From assembly GCF_001194135.2 (NCBI RefSeq), contig NC_068998.1:31866429-31899387 (forward strand): 32,959 bases of DNA. Direction: 5' to 3'. Shown piece by piece: positions 19,888 to 31,474 of the stretch. Both the position numbers and the translations under genes were made by a program. Numbering within the stretch: the stretch's first letter is position 1; each line of letters opens with the position of its first letter. This DNA is from Octopus bimaculoides. Taxonomy: Eukaryota. Under the pieces are notes generated by a model. It saw only the letters and a list, made by a program, of their open reading frames with translations. It did not search any database and had not been told where the DNA came from.

Positions 19888-20701
19888 NNNNNNNNNNNNN
19901 NNNNNNNNNNNNNNNNNNNNNNNNNNNNNNNNNNNNNNNNNNNNNNNNNNNNNNNNNNNNNNNNNNNNNNNNNNNNNNNNNNNNNNNNNNNNNNNNNNNN
20001 NNNNNNNNNNNNNNNNNNNNNNNNNNNNNNNNNNNNNNNNNNNNNNNNNNNNNNNNNNNNNNNNNNNNNNNNNNNNNNNNNNNNNNNNNNNNNNNNNNNN
20101 NNNNNNNNNNNNNNNNNNNNNNNNNNNNNNNNNNNNNNNNNNNNNNNNNNNNNNNNNNNNNNNNNNNNNNNNNNNNNNNNNNNNNNNNNNNNNNNNNNNN
20201 NNNNNNNNNNNNNNNNNNNNNNNNNNNNNNNNNNNNNNNNNNNNNNNNNNNNNNNNNNNNNNNNNNNNNNNNNNNNNNNNNNNNNNNNNNNNNNNNNNNN
20301 NNNNNNNNNNNNNNNNNNNNNNNNNNNNNNNNNNNNNNNNNNNNNNNNNNNNNNNNNNNNNNNNNNNNNNNNNNNNNNNNNNNNNNNNNNNNNNNNNNNN
20401 NNNNNNNNNNNNNNNNNNNNNNNNNNNNNNNNNNNNNNNNNNNNNNNNNNNNNNNNNNNNNNNNNNNNNNNNNNNNNNNNNNNNNNNNNNNNNNNNNNNN
20501 NNNNNNNNNNNNNNNNNNNNNNNNNNNNNNNNNNNNNNNNNNNNNNNNNNNNNNNNNNNNNNNNNNNNNNNNNNNNNNNNNNNNNNNNNNNNNNNNNNNN
20601 NNNNNNNNNNNNNNNNNNNNNNNNNNNNNNNNNNNNNNNNNNNNNNNNNNNNNNNNNNNNNNNNNNNNNNNNNNNNNNNNNNNNNNNNNNNNNNNNNNNN
20701 N

Positions 20702-21164
20702 TGTACAGCCTAATTCTCCATGGGCTGTGGCCTCTACAAACATCACTCCTTGATATTTGTCGGTTTTATACTACATGTATACCCTGTTTGCTTTGTCACA
20801 AGCTCTTTGCATTCTATATCTAGGTCAGGTACCACTGGTTTCATTACATATAATGTTATCTAACTTCTTTCTAGCACTCCTGTATACTCGAACCCTATCT
20901 TTCTGATCATATCCAGAGAATTGCATGCAGTGCAGGATGTTCTGTACATGTTTCTTTGTTTCATAGGGTTTGCATAGTGAGGACATGTTCATTAACCTAA
21001 CTGAACCTGCTATCAGTTTGTTAATTTTCATGTTGTGTAACAAAGCTGAGTTCTTGTGAACAACATATTTAGAAGCTATGGGTTTCAAGTAATAGGAGTG
21101 GAGGAGCTGCACCCTGTTCGCCATCTCTAACCAAAGTTCAGTATCAAGGACAGGGAATCTACTG
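20702..21164 (-). mobile_element. Penelope-like element RT C-terminal/linker fragment
   Basis: RFPVLDTELWLE...HSYYLKPIASKYVVHKNSAL...QFSGYDQKDRVRVY...SGT*PRYR...VMFVEATAHGEL. Matches the PLE pattern FLDxxxx...YxKP...S...GY. Confidence 0.7.
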
Positions 21165-21363
21165 CCTGACTGGCCTTCGTGCTGGTGGCACGTAAAAGCA
21201 CCCACTATACTCTCGGAGTGGTTGGCGTTAGGAAGGGAATCCAGCTGTAGAAACTCTGCCAGATCAGATTGGAGCCTGGTGTAGCCATCTGGTTCACCAG
21301 TCCTCAGTCAAATTGTCCAACCCATGCTAGCATGGAAGGCAGATGTTAAACGATGATGATGAT
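21165..21363 (+). mobile_element. SINE 3' portion with RTE-type tail
   Basis: GGTTGGCGTTAGGAAGGGAATCCAGCTGTAGAAA...TCCAACCCATGCTAGCATGGAAGGCAGATGTTAAACGATGATGATGAT. Confidence 0.8.
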
Positions 21364-21485
21364 GGCTAAATTTGACAGTTTACCTTAACGCAAAAGAAAA
21401 CTCAATATCCCATCCAAAAATAAAAGTATTCAAAACAAAAAAAAATCAAAAAATATAAACTAAGTGATGGCTGGGAGATAACAGT

Positions 21486-21760
21486 TTACTCAAAATAGCT
21501 ATGCTCAGCTTCTTCCATGGCCTCAAAACATCTCCAGAAACTGGGGCATTCTTTCTTTACTGTGGTCCTGGGAAGATCTTCAAGCACTTCTTTGATCTTG
21601 GTTACCAGTTTTGCCTTAGTGTTGCAGGTAAAGCATTAAGAGTCTTTCTTAACTGCACCACACACACATTGTAATCCAAGGAATTACAATCAGGGAAATT
21701 AGGAGACCAGTAATTGGGGCTGGTGAGATTGTAGAAATTCTCCAACAAATTGCCAAAAAT
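21486..21760 (-). mobile_element. Tc1/mariner transposase C-terminal fragment (D-type third residue, maT/DD37D-like)
   Basis: NYWSPNFPDCNSLDYNVCGAVKKD...CNTKAKLVTKIKEV...RCFEAMEEAEHSYFE*, a degenerate WPPxSPDLNPLDY motif. Confidence 0.75.
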
Positions 21761-21862
21761 CACCAATGAAAACCCAGAAAAATTTATGATTCAACCTCGT
21801 GTGTGTGTGTGTGTATAAACACACACATGCACACACATACATGTATGTATATATGCATATGT

Positions 21863-22190
21863 GTGAAGGTGCGTGGCTTAGCGGTTAGGGCATTTGACTC
21901 ACAATCGTAAAGTTGAGAGTTCAATTCCTGGTGACGCGCTGTGTCCTTGAGCATGACGCTTTATTTCACGTTGCTCCAGTCCCCTCAGCTGAAAAAAAAA
22001 ACGAGTAGTACCTGTATTTCAAAGGGCCAGCCTTGTCACTCTGTGTCCTGCTGAATCTCCCTGAGAGCTACAAGAAGGGTACACATGTCTGTGGAGTGCT
22101 CAGCCACTTGCACGTTCATCTCATGAGCAAGCTGTTCCGTTGATCGTATCAGCTGAGACCCTTGTCAGCGTAACCGATGGAGTGCTCCTG
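21863..22190 (+). mobile_element. Full-length CORE-like SINE with 11-bp TSD
   Basis: Head TGGCTTAGCGGTTAGGG...GAGTTCAATTCC. CORE-like centre shared with the 19578 copy; 3' tail shared with the 9040 copy. TSD TATGCATATGT at 21852-21862 and 22191-22201 (low-complexity context). Confidence 0.88.
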
Positions 22191-22334
22191 TATGCATATG
22201 TATATACATCAGTATGTGTGTAAATATATACATCATCATCATCTAACATCTACTTTGCATACTGGCATGAATAGGACAATGTGACAGGGAACCAGTGAGT
22301 TGTAGGGCTGTGGTGTAGTTCTGAAGTTCACTTT

Positions 22335-22463
22335 GCAGTCACATGATCCTAGCTTGTGTCCTACAGCATTACACCTTGGCCTATGGTGTTTTTATAGTGC
22401 AAACTGACTACAACCTTGTGCATGGATTTGGCAGATGAAAAATGAAAGTAGCCCATGATATAG

Positions 22464-22527
<64 letters not shown>

Positions 22528-22745
22528 CTCCTTGTCTTGGTATGCAATAGTTGTGTGAGTGCTGCCATTAAATAAGTTGCTGTAATTTGTTTCTAATCTG
22601 TAAAAATTTGTCTGGTCATGGGTAAATATTGCCTTGTATGGTAACAAGCAAAGATCAATGACAAATGGCTTACATCCATAGAAATTCTATCTCAATAAAT
22701 TCTGCCTGACCCATGTAAGCATGAAAAGTGGACATTAAAGCGATA
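22335..22745 (+). mobile_element. Decayed composite SINE with an internal (TG)n tract at about 22456-22526
   Basis: CACCTTGG...TTTTATAG...GGATTTGGCAGATGAAAAATGAAAGTAGCCC then (TG)n. The 3' end CCCATGTAAGCATGAAAAGTGGACATTAAA resembles the 21165 tail. Confidence 0.65.
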
Positions 22746-24471
22746 TTTATGTTTTTCTTATAATTCATTTACTATTCATGTTTTTATCATTTCGTTATAT
22801 ATCATTCTGAACAAGAGTCATGGGCTTCTGTTGATGTGTTTAAATTTCTAGTGATTATAGATACTGATATGAACAATTCTGCTAATATGCATAATTTGAT
22901 ATGCTGGCAGTTATACGTTCTGTATAAATGTGTCACATTCTAATTTGATCACAAAATAGAGAGTTTTCCATTATTGATGTAATCAATATGCAAAGTGTTT
23001 GTTCTTTAAGCAGTTGCTAATCATTAATTAATTTATCAGTTAGTTTAATTAATTGAGTATTTAATTAAATAATTAGTCAAATATAGTCTATTAATGATGC
23101 ATTTAAGTAGGACATTTATATTGTATTTCTTAAGGGCAGAAATTAATGTCATTTGAGCCAGGAGACTGACTATTGAATCTGACAATTTTCACTAAGAGAG
23201 TTAAAGCTGGCCTAGCTGATAAGACAGACTGATTGGAAACATTAATCGTTCATACCTTGTCACTAGTATTAGCACTGATTGTATGACCAAAACACATAGC
23301 TGATAGCTAAAGTATGATGTACAAGTTATTGCTACTCTAAGTAACAATAAAATTTCATAAATAACATGAGATTTGTTAAATCACAGAAATAAGTTGATGT
23401 TTTTACATGGTTCAATTAAAATTCAAGTACTATAGATACATAGTATCATTAGACCTCTGAAAATAAGCTATGTCATCAGTGATGACACACTTCTGTTCCT
23501 CAAAGCTCACCTATTCTACACTACACACTAAATACATTAAGTTTCTCATTTTTAATAATTGAATCCTTGCAGGATATTTTAAAATACCAAAAAGGATATG
23601 TGTTTAGGAAGATTGTAGGTAATGAGGAAATAAATTGATGTGGTTGTTTGTTTCCCTCAAATGTCTACAATCTTTGATTATTGGTCAGTTCAGTCAGGGC
23701 TGATATATATCTAAATGATAAAAATATGAATAGAAAATTAATTATAAGATGACAATAATTCTGTGTCTGTATAAAATATTTAGAGTGAAATTTGAGGTAG
23801 TGGCAACATTATCATTTTATAACCAGTTTGGACAGAGTTCACAGAGAGCAAAATTTTGCATGTAAGAAATAATGAGTTTTTGTATGAAATCAAATTCTAA
23901 GTCACTTCTTTCTCTAAAACTAAAATCAGGAACATTGAATAAGTGAAGTGCGTATGAAGCCATAATTGAGAATAATTTTGTAAACCTGGGTAAAACTTAT
24001 AGGGAACCTGATTGCTTTTTCCTGATGTTACATGTTGTTTTAGGGTGAGGTAGATCAGGGTAAGTCAGAGAAGAAGCAGTAAACAAACAGATGGACTTAT
24101 TTAGAGTTGTGCAGAATGTGGCAGATTGAAAGAGCAGGAATTGTAGTTGTAATAGGAGAAAGAGAAGAATACAGTGCATCTGTGTGCAAGCAGCTGTGAC
24201 TGAAGGTTTGTCAGTCAATATTTCCTTTCCTTTCCTTTTTGATGTGATCAGAATGTTTTTGTATGTAGTAATTGTTTTATTCCAGATATGAATGCTCTAC
24301 TCTGTACACATTGGGTCACAAATGCTCAGGAAAGTAGTACTTTGGTATATGTAATGTTTTGGTACTGGTGATAGGGACTCCAAATTTTCCATCATGCACC
24401 AGACTCATTTCTTTTTATTCTACTTGCTGGTTCTGAACTCTATCATCTTCTGTCTTATTTATTGTGTTGAG

Positions 24472-24650
24472 TAAGGTGGTGAGCTGGCAGAATCATTAGC
24501 ATGTCAGGTAAAATGCTTATCAACATATTATCCATCTTTACATTCTGAGCTCAAATTCCATCAAAGTCCACTTTGTCTTTCATCCTTTCAGGGTCAATAA
24601 AATAAGTAACAGTTGAGCACTGGGGTCGATGTAATCAATTTATCTCCTCT
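24472..24650 (+). mobile_element. SINE of the 5731 family
   Basis: AAGGTGGTGAGCTGGCAGAATCATTAGC...CATCCTTTCAGGGTCAATAAAATAAGT...TGGGGTCGATGTAATC. Confidence 0.88.
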
Positions 24651-24704
24651 ATGTTTGGTAACAGGTCTGGAAGCTGGCCCTTGCTTAAACATTAGGATTG
24701 AGGG

Positions 24705-24980
24705 GAAAATATCTCCCTTAGCGTATTACTTGCCCTTGGTTTACTTCCTGCTTTTGCAGCACTTCATCAATGAAGAGGAGGTGGAAGCTTCAGTGAAAGA
24801 GTCCTTCACCTCAATTGGACATGAATTGGTATCAACGTAGGATCAAAGAATTGGCAGAAAGGTGGCTTCAGATGGTGCAACATGATGGCCTCTACTTTGA
24901 ATACGTGGCTGCTTTTATAACTTGATGGATAACACAAATAAGTTACCAAAATATTGCCAAACTTTTGATTCAACACAATA
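24705..24980 (+). mobile_element. Mariner transposase 3' end and right TIR
   Basis: LQHFINEEEVEASVKESFTS followed, after a frameshift, by RIKELAERWLQMVQHDGLYFE. The terminus CCAAACTTTTGATTCAACACAATA resembles the mariner TIR (TTAGGTTGGTGCAAAAGT type). Confidence 0.8.
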
Positions 24981-25854
24981 TTTTGCACAAAATTTCTTCT
25001 TTAAAACTGTATTCATATTCTTAAACTCCTTGTCCATTTCATCTATCTTCCTGTTATTATCTCAGTTTTATAGTGGTTTCATTTTTTAATGCAATCTACA
25101 TGTTTGTTTTCCTATATTGGTGGTAAAAGAATTATTCTATATCAAATTAAATTTTTGAAAACTAATCTAAGAGTGAACATAGAATACATACATGTGAAGA
25201 TAAGGGTAACCGTAATCATGAATGATTATTTAGTTTTGATTGTTGTTCCCATATACACAGTAACTGTATTTACTCTTAGTTTGTATGCATGTGAAAATAG
25301 AAGAAAAGAACTTTGGGAATTTAGAAAATGTAGAATTTTAACAAATCAGATATTCTTTTGTATATGATATGTTGATGACAAGTGGGGATAGCATGGTGCC
25401 TCTCCTACGTTAAAAAGACGAAAGAAGGTTGTAAGCAGAGGATGAAAGAAAAATAAATATTATAAAAGAAAAAAAATGAATAACCACAGCGGTGCATCAG
25501 CATGGCCGCAGCTCTAAGCTGAAACTATTAAAAAAAATTTAAAAAAAACAAAAAAAAAACGCACTTGATTAAAGACACCAAAAGGTTAAGACTGATGAAA
25601 CAATATAAAACTGAATCAGCAACTTTGACTCAACCCTGTCCCTCAAAGAAATCATAAAAAGATCATGGACACTCACTTTACTTCCTTAACTTAAAGCCAA
25701 TCATTACTAATTTACAACACTTCAAATTGAATATTGATCTTGTTAAACATATTAATTTCTCACAGTTAATTCTGTCTCTTTGTGTAGATGAGACCTGCAA
25801 GATCTCATGTATAACACTTGGAATCATATTAGATAATAATACTAATAATAATGG

Positions 25855-26187
25855 TTTCAGATTTTGGCACAGTACCAGCAATTTTGTCAACCTTAGTGGA
25901 ATTTGAACTCACAACATAGACGGACAAACTACTGCTAAGCATTTTGTCTGGTGTGCTAACAATTCTGCTAGCCTGCTGCCTTATTGGTTTCAAATTTTGG
26001 TACAAGATCAGCTACTTTGGGGTAGGGGCTAAGTTGATTACATGGCTTCCCTGTGTTCAACTGACACTTATTTTATCAACTCTGAAAGGATGAAAGGCAA
26101 AGTTAACCTCCATAGAATTGGAAATCAAAACAGAAAGATGGACGAAATGCCACTAAGCATTTTGCCCAACATCCTAATGAATCTGAC
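25855..26187 (-). mobile_element. Two tandem SINEs of the 5731 family (25855-25983 internally deleted; 25985-26187)
   Basis: Reverse complements of the family head and body are visible in both. Confidence 0.8.
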
Positions 26188-29100
26188 AATGACATAAAAG
26201 ACAAAAATGGGATGGTACAATGGGTTTTACAGCAAATAAACAATTAAAAACAAGTAAATTAAACAAATTAAAACTCCCAATAGGGAAGGTCCTCGTGAAA
26301 AAACCCACAAAAGCCATTGAAAGCAGAAAAGTAAGCGCACCAGCTTGGTCAACCAGCAAACGGGGCAAGGGACAACAGTCAAGTGGTAATAGACGTGATG
26401 TACACATTCACCACCTCAGCTTGATCTTTCAGGGATAGCTTCCAAGTTTTTCTCCACCTGGAAGTCTGGACCAAACCAGACCCCGAGCAATTTAACCGTA
26501 CCAGTTGTCCAGCACCCTCCGACTCTGTCGGATGGCATGGACTTATCTGTTCAGGTGCCGAGTTGCAAGCCCACTGGCTTTTTTGCATTAATTTTTGCTC
26601 CTGTCACCACTTCATATTCTTGTAGTGTGTCACCAATCATGTCTATATGCCTGTGGCTTGACACTATGATGGTGACATCATCAGTGTAAGCAGACACACT
26701 TCTCCCACATCCTAGATCATGTGGGACACCACTCAAAGCCCCAGCTTCTGCAGTAATGGTTCAAGAGTCAATACTTACAGAAGTTAGGAGAGAGGGTACC
26801 CTTCATGGACCGAGCACAAGATGCTGAATGGTTCTGACTGGTGGCCATTCACCCATACAACTGAGCAGATGCTGCTGTTCAAAGCAGTGATCCAACCACA
26901 GAAGACCAGACCGAACCTGGCTGCTGCCTTGAGGACAGCTGCCAAGTGTTGATGGTCGACCCTATCAAAGGCTTTAGATTGATCTAAATTGATCAGAACC
27001 CCACCCATGCCAGCTTTGTTACCCACCCTCCCTATGATGTAGTGCATGAGGGGGAGGTTGTTGTGAATGTTTCTGGCTGGGATGGCATGTTTGTGCCTCA
27101 CCAATCTGCTTGTCCACGACAAGCACCAACCTCTTGGCTAACACCTTGGCCAAAATTTTCAACTCTGCATTGAGTAGAGTGATGAGCCTGAAATTTTCTA
27201 ACATCCCCCTTGTTTGGATCCTTTCTCAGCAGTGCCACTGCCCCTCGACAAACAAAAGTGGGAATTCTCCCATCTTGTTGCCAGTTGAGGGAGACGTCTG
27301 CTAAGAGGCCCACAAACAAGTCTGGCATCAAAATATAAAGCTTGTAGGGCAGACCATTCAAACCCAGTGATCTGCTTCTCGTGCAGCTCTTCATCGCTTC
27401 CTGTATTTCCATGACTGTTATCAGCCTTTCACAGCACTCCGCCTCACTTGCTGAGAGTCTTGGCAGACCGTCCAGGTATACACTGAAGTCTGGCCTGTTA
27501 TCTGTCCTATCATTCATCCCAAACAGTCGAGCAAAGTGCTGCTGAAAGGCCGCACACATCTGCTTCGGTTCAAACACCTTGCACCCATCCTGTCCACCAA
27601 AGACTGAATGATGGCTTTGTTGCCACTAAGTGAAATTGTGGATAACCTATAATTTCCTTATCCGCTAGTCTATAGAATACTTTATCTAAATACGATCTAG
27701 ATGACCTGATGTGATTTGTCCAAGTCCACATTGACCCATTCAAATTATCTAGTCAGTACCTGTCAGACAATTGAGCAGGTTTTTGAGGCTTTTGCACTCC
27801 CTCCCCTATCAGATACTCCCACACAATCAAAACGTTCATCTAAGACAGTGTTTCAGTCCCCTACTAACACTAAAGTTTGAGACACTCCCAGGAAAACCTC
27901 CAAATGCTTGAAGTAATCCAGCTGTCCTGCCCTTGTCAGTGCCTAGGTAGCCACTAGTCTGAAGGTATCACTGTCACTGCTGCTCACAGTGACAGTGATA
28001 GGACCACCAACTTAACCTTCTGGATCCAGGAAGACTGCCTTTATTTTCAAATCCAGACCTTTCCAGAAAAGCACTACAGTACCACTACCTAGTCGACACA
28101 GAGATAGAAGAATCTTGTATCTCCTAAAAAGGTGATGAGGTCCTGTAGGTTGGATAGTCTACACTAAGGGACCTGAGGTTATTTAAAATGTGACCTTGTT
28201 TCCAAAGTGACCCAAGGCCCCTAACATTTTATGCAACCTACTCTGAGTATCGCCATGCTAAAAATAAATATTTAGGATGGAGAAGAGCTTTATTTACCAC
28301 TGTTGTTTGGTATGGTATCCCCCTTGGTCTTTGGTGTGGGTGTTTCCACAAGGGTTTTGTAAAGTCTTTTACTAAATGTCCTTTGAAAAGACCCAACAGA
28401 AATTTGATTTTTAAAGTGTCATATAGGTGTTGAGCAATTTTTAAGATTTGTATATGTGTTGGTGGTGCATTGTGTGTTGGGCAAACAAAGTCTGCTAATG
28501 TGGTGTCTGTGTTGTCTCTCAAGTATGTCATTAGTTGTATGTCGTTTGTGTCAATGGCTGTGAGGTTGGTGGTGTTTGTGGAGTCTGTATTGTAGTTGGT
28601 AATGGAAGTGGTTGTGCTAATGAAGGTGTTGTTGTTGTTGTTTGTTGTGTGTGTGTATTGCTGCTGTTGGGAAGTTCCACTTCTTTGCACCTCCCCCTTT
28701 TGTCTAATGTTTGTGAAGTCTTTCTTTTTTCTTTTTTTGGTGGGATGGCACTGTTTGCCATCCCCTTTTTTCAACCTCAGTAGTCAAGCAATTCGAGATG
28801 TTTGGGTTGGGAAGGGCTATTTTCTCTGGCTCTTGGTCCTGTTCTACTGCTGCTGCTACTGGTGGTGTTACTGCTGGTGGTGGTAGTGGTACTCCAGTTG
28901 GTAGTGGTGGTACTCTAGCTGGAGATGGCTCTGACACCAGTGTTCGTAGTAGCAGCTGATGTATCTCCTTGAATTTGGGGCAGTCGACCTTAAGGTGCTG
29001 ATCATTTCCACAGCACCTTAGCCTTCTGTCCTCCACAGCTATGTGTAGTCTGGTGCCATCAGGTAGGTTTATCGAGTCGGGGATCGAATTTAAGGCCTCT

Positions 29101-30120
29101 TGTTTAATTTGAACCAACCTCCTGACCCGACCAATTCTGCTGGTGCAGTTTATGCACCTCTAGTATTGTCACATTGTCTTCTATGTTGAAAAAGATGGCT
29201 GCCACCAGCCAACATATATTTAATTCTGGGGGCACCTCCCCAATTTTTATTCTTGTAACGCACCAACCAAGGTGTGTCAGCACGAGTAGGAATTCTTCAG
29301 TTTTAATGGCACTGTGGAATGCTGTTTTGCTTCTTCCTCCATTGCAAAGTGCACTTCCACAGTGCTGAAATGTTTTCCTCATGTCACATACATCTTGTTT
29401 TTCCATATCGATTTCAGAATTAATTCTAGTTGTTGTGTTGCTCATTCCAATGCTTTTTTTTTTTGTTAATACATTTATATGTTATTGTCTTCCTGTTTGT
29501 GTTCTTAATTATTTCTTGTAAGGTATTTAGTGAAACATTGTTGCCTTGTCTCACCAATAACCCCCTTTGAATCTTTTATGTCCTCTAAAGTGACATTTAT
29601 TTTTTCTTTTGTCTGTTTCACCATGGAAGTGAAACTCTGTGCTTTAAATTTGTCCTTCACATTTATGCTTGAATTTTCTTTGTTGTTTTTCTTGTTGGTG
29701 TTCATGGCAGTAGTGGTGTTGGAGGTGTTTTCTTGTTTGTTTTCTGTTTTATTTTCTGTGTTGATGGTGGTGCTGGTGCTGAACTGGTGCTGTTAGTGGT
29801 GTTGGTACTGGTGCTGTTACTGGTGTTGCTGCTGTTTAGTGTGGAGAAATCCTTGCAGTATTGACTGCTGTAACAACCACTGCCACTCCTGTCGACAATG
29901 GCATCAATCTTGTTCTTTGTAAAAATGAAAAACAAAAAAATTTTTGGAAGGACCAAAATGTCCAAAATTGCCCCTGAAAGGGCAGGCCTTCAACAAGGAA
30001 CCCTTTCCAGATAACAAGAAGGGTCCCAAAATAACAATTGCAACAAAAAACCAACAACCTTCAAAAAGAGACAACAAATTTCCCAACTCACGCAGCTCAC
30101 AAAAAACACATCTACACTCG
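26188..30120 (-). mobile_element. L1/Tx1-clade LINE with ORF1, APE endonuclease and RT relics; internally deleted, both ends apparently retained
   Basis: ORF1-like TRIKIGEVPPELNICWLVAAI...SIPDSINLPDGTRLHIAVE..RCC...HLKVDCP (about 29445-28240). APE NVRGL...GD*NTVLD...MWTWTN...SYLD (about 28236-27626). RT ENFRLITLLNAELKILAKVLAKRL, LDQSKAFDRVDH, EGYPLS, SAYTDDVT (about 27620-26320). Then a 3' UTR-like segment. Confidence 0.88.
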
Positions 30121-30177
30121 CTGCCGACAACAACAACAACAATGATGATAATAATAGTAATAATAATAATAATAATA

Positions 30178-30580
30178 GACATAACAACTGTAGACAAGGG
30201 AAAGCAAAGTTGCTTACTTATTGATCCATCATGTCCGTTTGATTCCAGGATCATAAAGAAAAAAATTTAAAAAATACAATCCCTCAAAGTTTGAAATAGG
30301 AAGAGTTTGAAGCATGAGAATAGAAAGGTTGTACCTATAATAATTGGAGCTTTGGGAACAGTAAGTCAAGATGTAGACAAATGGCTGAAGGAGATTGAAA
30401 TAGAATGCCCAGTAGAACTCCTACAACAAGTTTGTATTACAGGGGCAGCAAAGATTATCAAGAGCATTATAAGCACTTGAAAGACTGCTGAAAACTTGTG
30501 GATACCTAAGGTTGCAGGTAGTAACCTACTATCCACATAAATCCTACCAGGAATAAGACTGAACCTGAGCCAAGCCGAAA
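30178..30580 (+). mobile_element. R4/Dong-like RLE retroelement, 5'-truncated copy B, inserted in (AAT)n
   Basis: DITTVDKGKQSCLLIDPSCPFDSRI...KY...VVPIIIGALGTV...WLKEIEIECPVELLQQVCITGAAKIIKSIIST* (stop 30478-30480). (TAA)n on both flanks. Confidence 0.85.
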
Positions 30581-30611
30581 TAATAATAATAATAATAATA
30601 ATAGTAATAGC

Positions 30612-30810
30612 TCTTTCAAATTTTGGTACAGGGTCAGTAACAATAGGGTAAGGGGTTAGTTAATTACATTACCTACCCACAGTACATGACTGATTCTTAT
30701 CTTATCAACCACAAAAGGATGACAGGTAAAGTTGACCTTGGTAAAGTTTGAACCCAGAATGTAAAATACTAGAAGAAATGCTGTAACAATTCTGCCAGCT
30801 CACTGCCTTA
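30612..30810 (-). mobile_element. SINE of the 5731 family
   Basis: Minus-strand head TAAGGCAGTGAGCTGGCAGAATTGTTAC and body GGGTTCAAACTTTACCAAGGTCAACTTTACC. Confidence 0.8.
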
Positions 30811-30994
30811 AATAATTATAATCTTGTGTTTATTAGTTACAAGTGCTTGAAGTGATACTCAAAAAGAAATAAAGAAACTTTCATTAGGAGTTACAAAGAA
30901 ACGAAAGATAATGTGGAGTGTGAAAAAAATGTTTATAAATTAAGAAGAAAGTGAGTTACACAATATATGGACGAATGCATTAAGAAATTTAAAA

Positions 30995-30995
30995 A

Positions 30996-31035
<40 letters not shown>

Positions 31036-31085
31036 CACACATACACAAGTATGCACACACAAATGTATGCATGCATATACATACA
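30995..31085. repeat. Compound (TG)/(TA)/(CA) microsatellite
   Basis: Directly visible. Confidence 0.9.
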
Positions 31086-31430
31086 GAAATAATAAAAAAT
31101 GGCAATAAGTACAATAATTAAGATAGTTATAATTAAAGAAAATAAACATGGAAGAAGATTTATTTCATGTTTATTTCCTTTAATAAGTGAGGTTAAATTG
31201 GGCACCCTACCACATTGTTTGTTTAGTTGCTTTCTCAAACTGCATTTTTGAAACATTTTGCACTGAAAGATATCTATATCATGAGAATATCCTTTTTAAA
31301 GTTCAATATGATGTCTTAATTTNNNNNNNNNNNNNNNNNNNNNNNNNNNNNNNNNNNNNNNNNNNNNNNNNNNNNNNNNNNNNNNNNNNNNNNNNNNNNN
31401 NNNNNNNNNNNNNNNNNNNNNNNNNNNNNN

Positions 31431-31472
<42 letters not shown>
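31431..31472. repeat. (AC)n microsatellite at a gap edge
   Basis: Directly visible. Confidence 0.95.

Positions 31473-31474
<2 letters not shown>

Larger units (their letters stand above)
3471..31430. other. Assembly gaps (N runs) at 3471-3681, 12564-12578, 14333-14593, 18585-18966, 19888-20701 and 31323-31430
   Basis: N runs. The span given only brackets the first and last gap. Confidence 0.99.

Noticed and set aside
18524-20823. Long ORFs of 173-346 aa in the ORF track
   Set aside because: They consist of N gaps and microsatellite translations.
29944-30270. 108-aa plus-strand ORF as a gene
   Set aside because: It is a chimera of the antisense Tx1 5' region, an (AAT)n tract and the start of the R4-like fragment.
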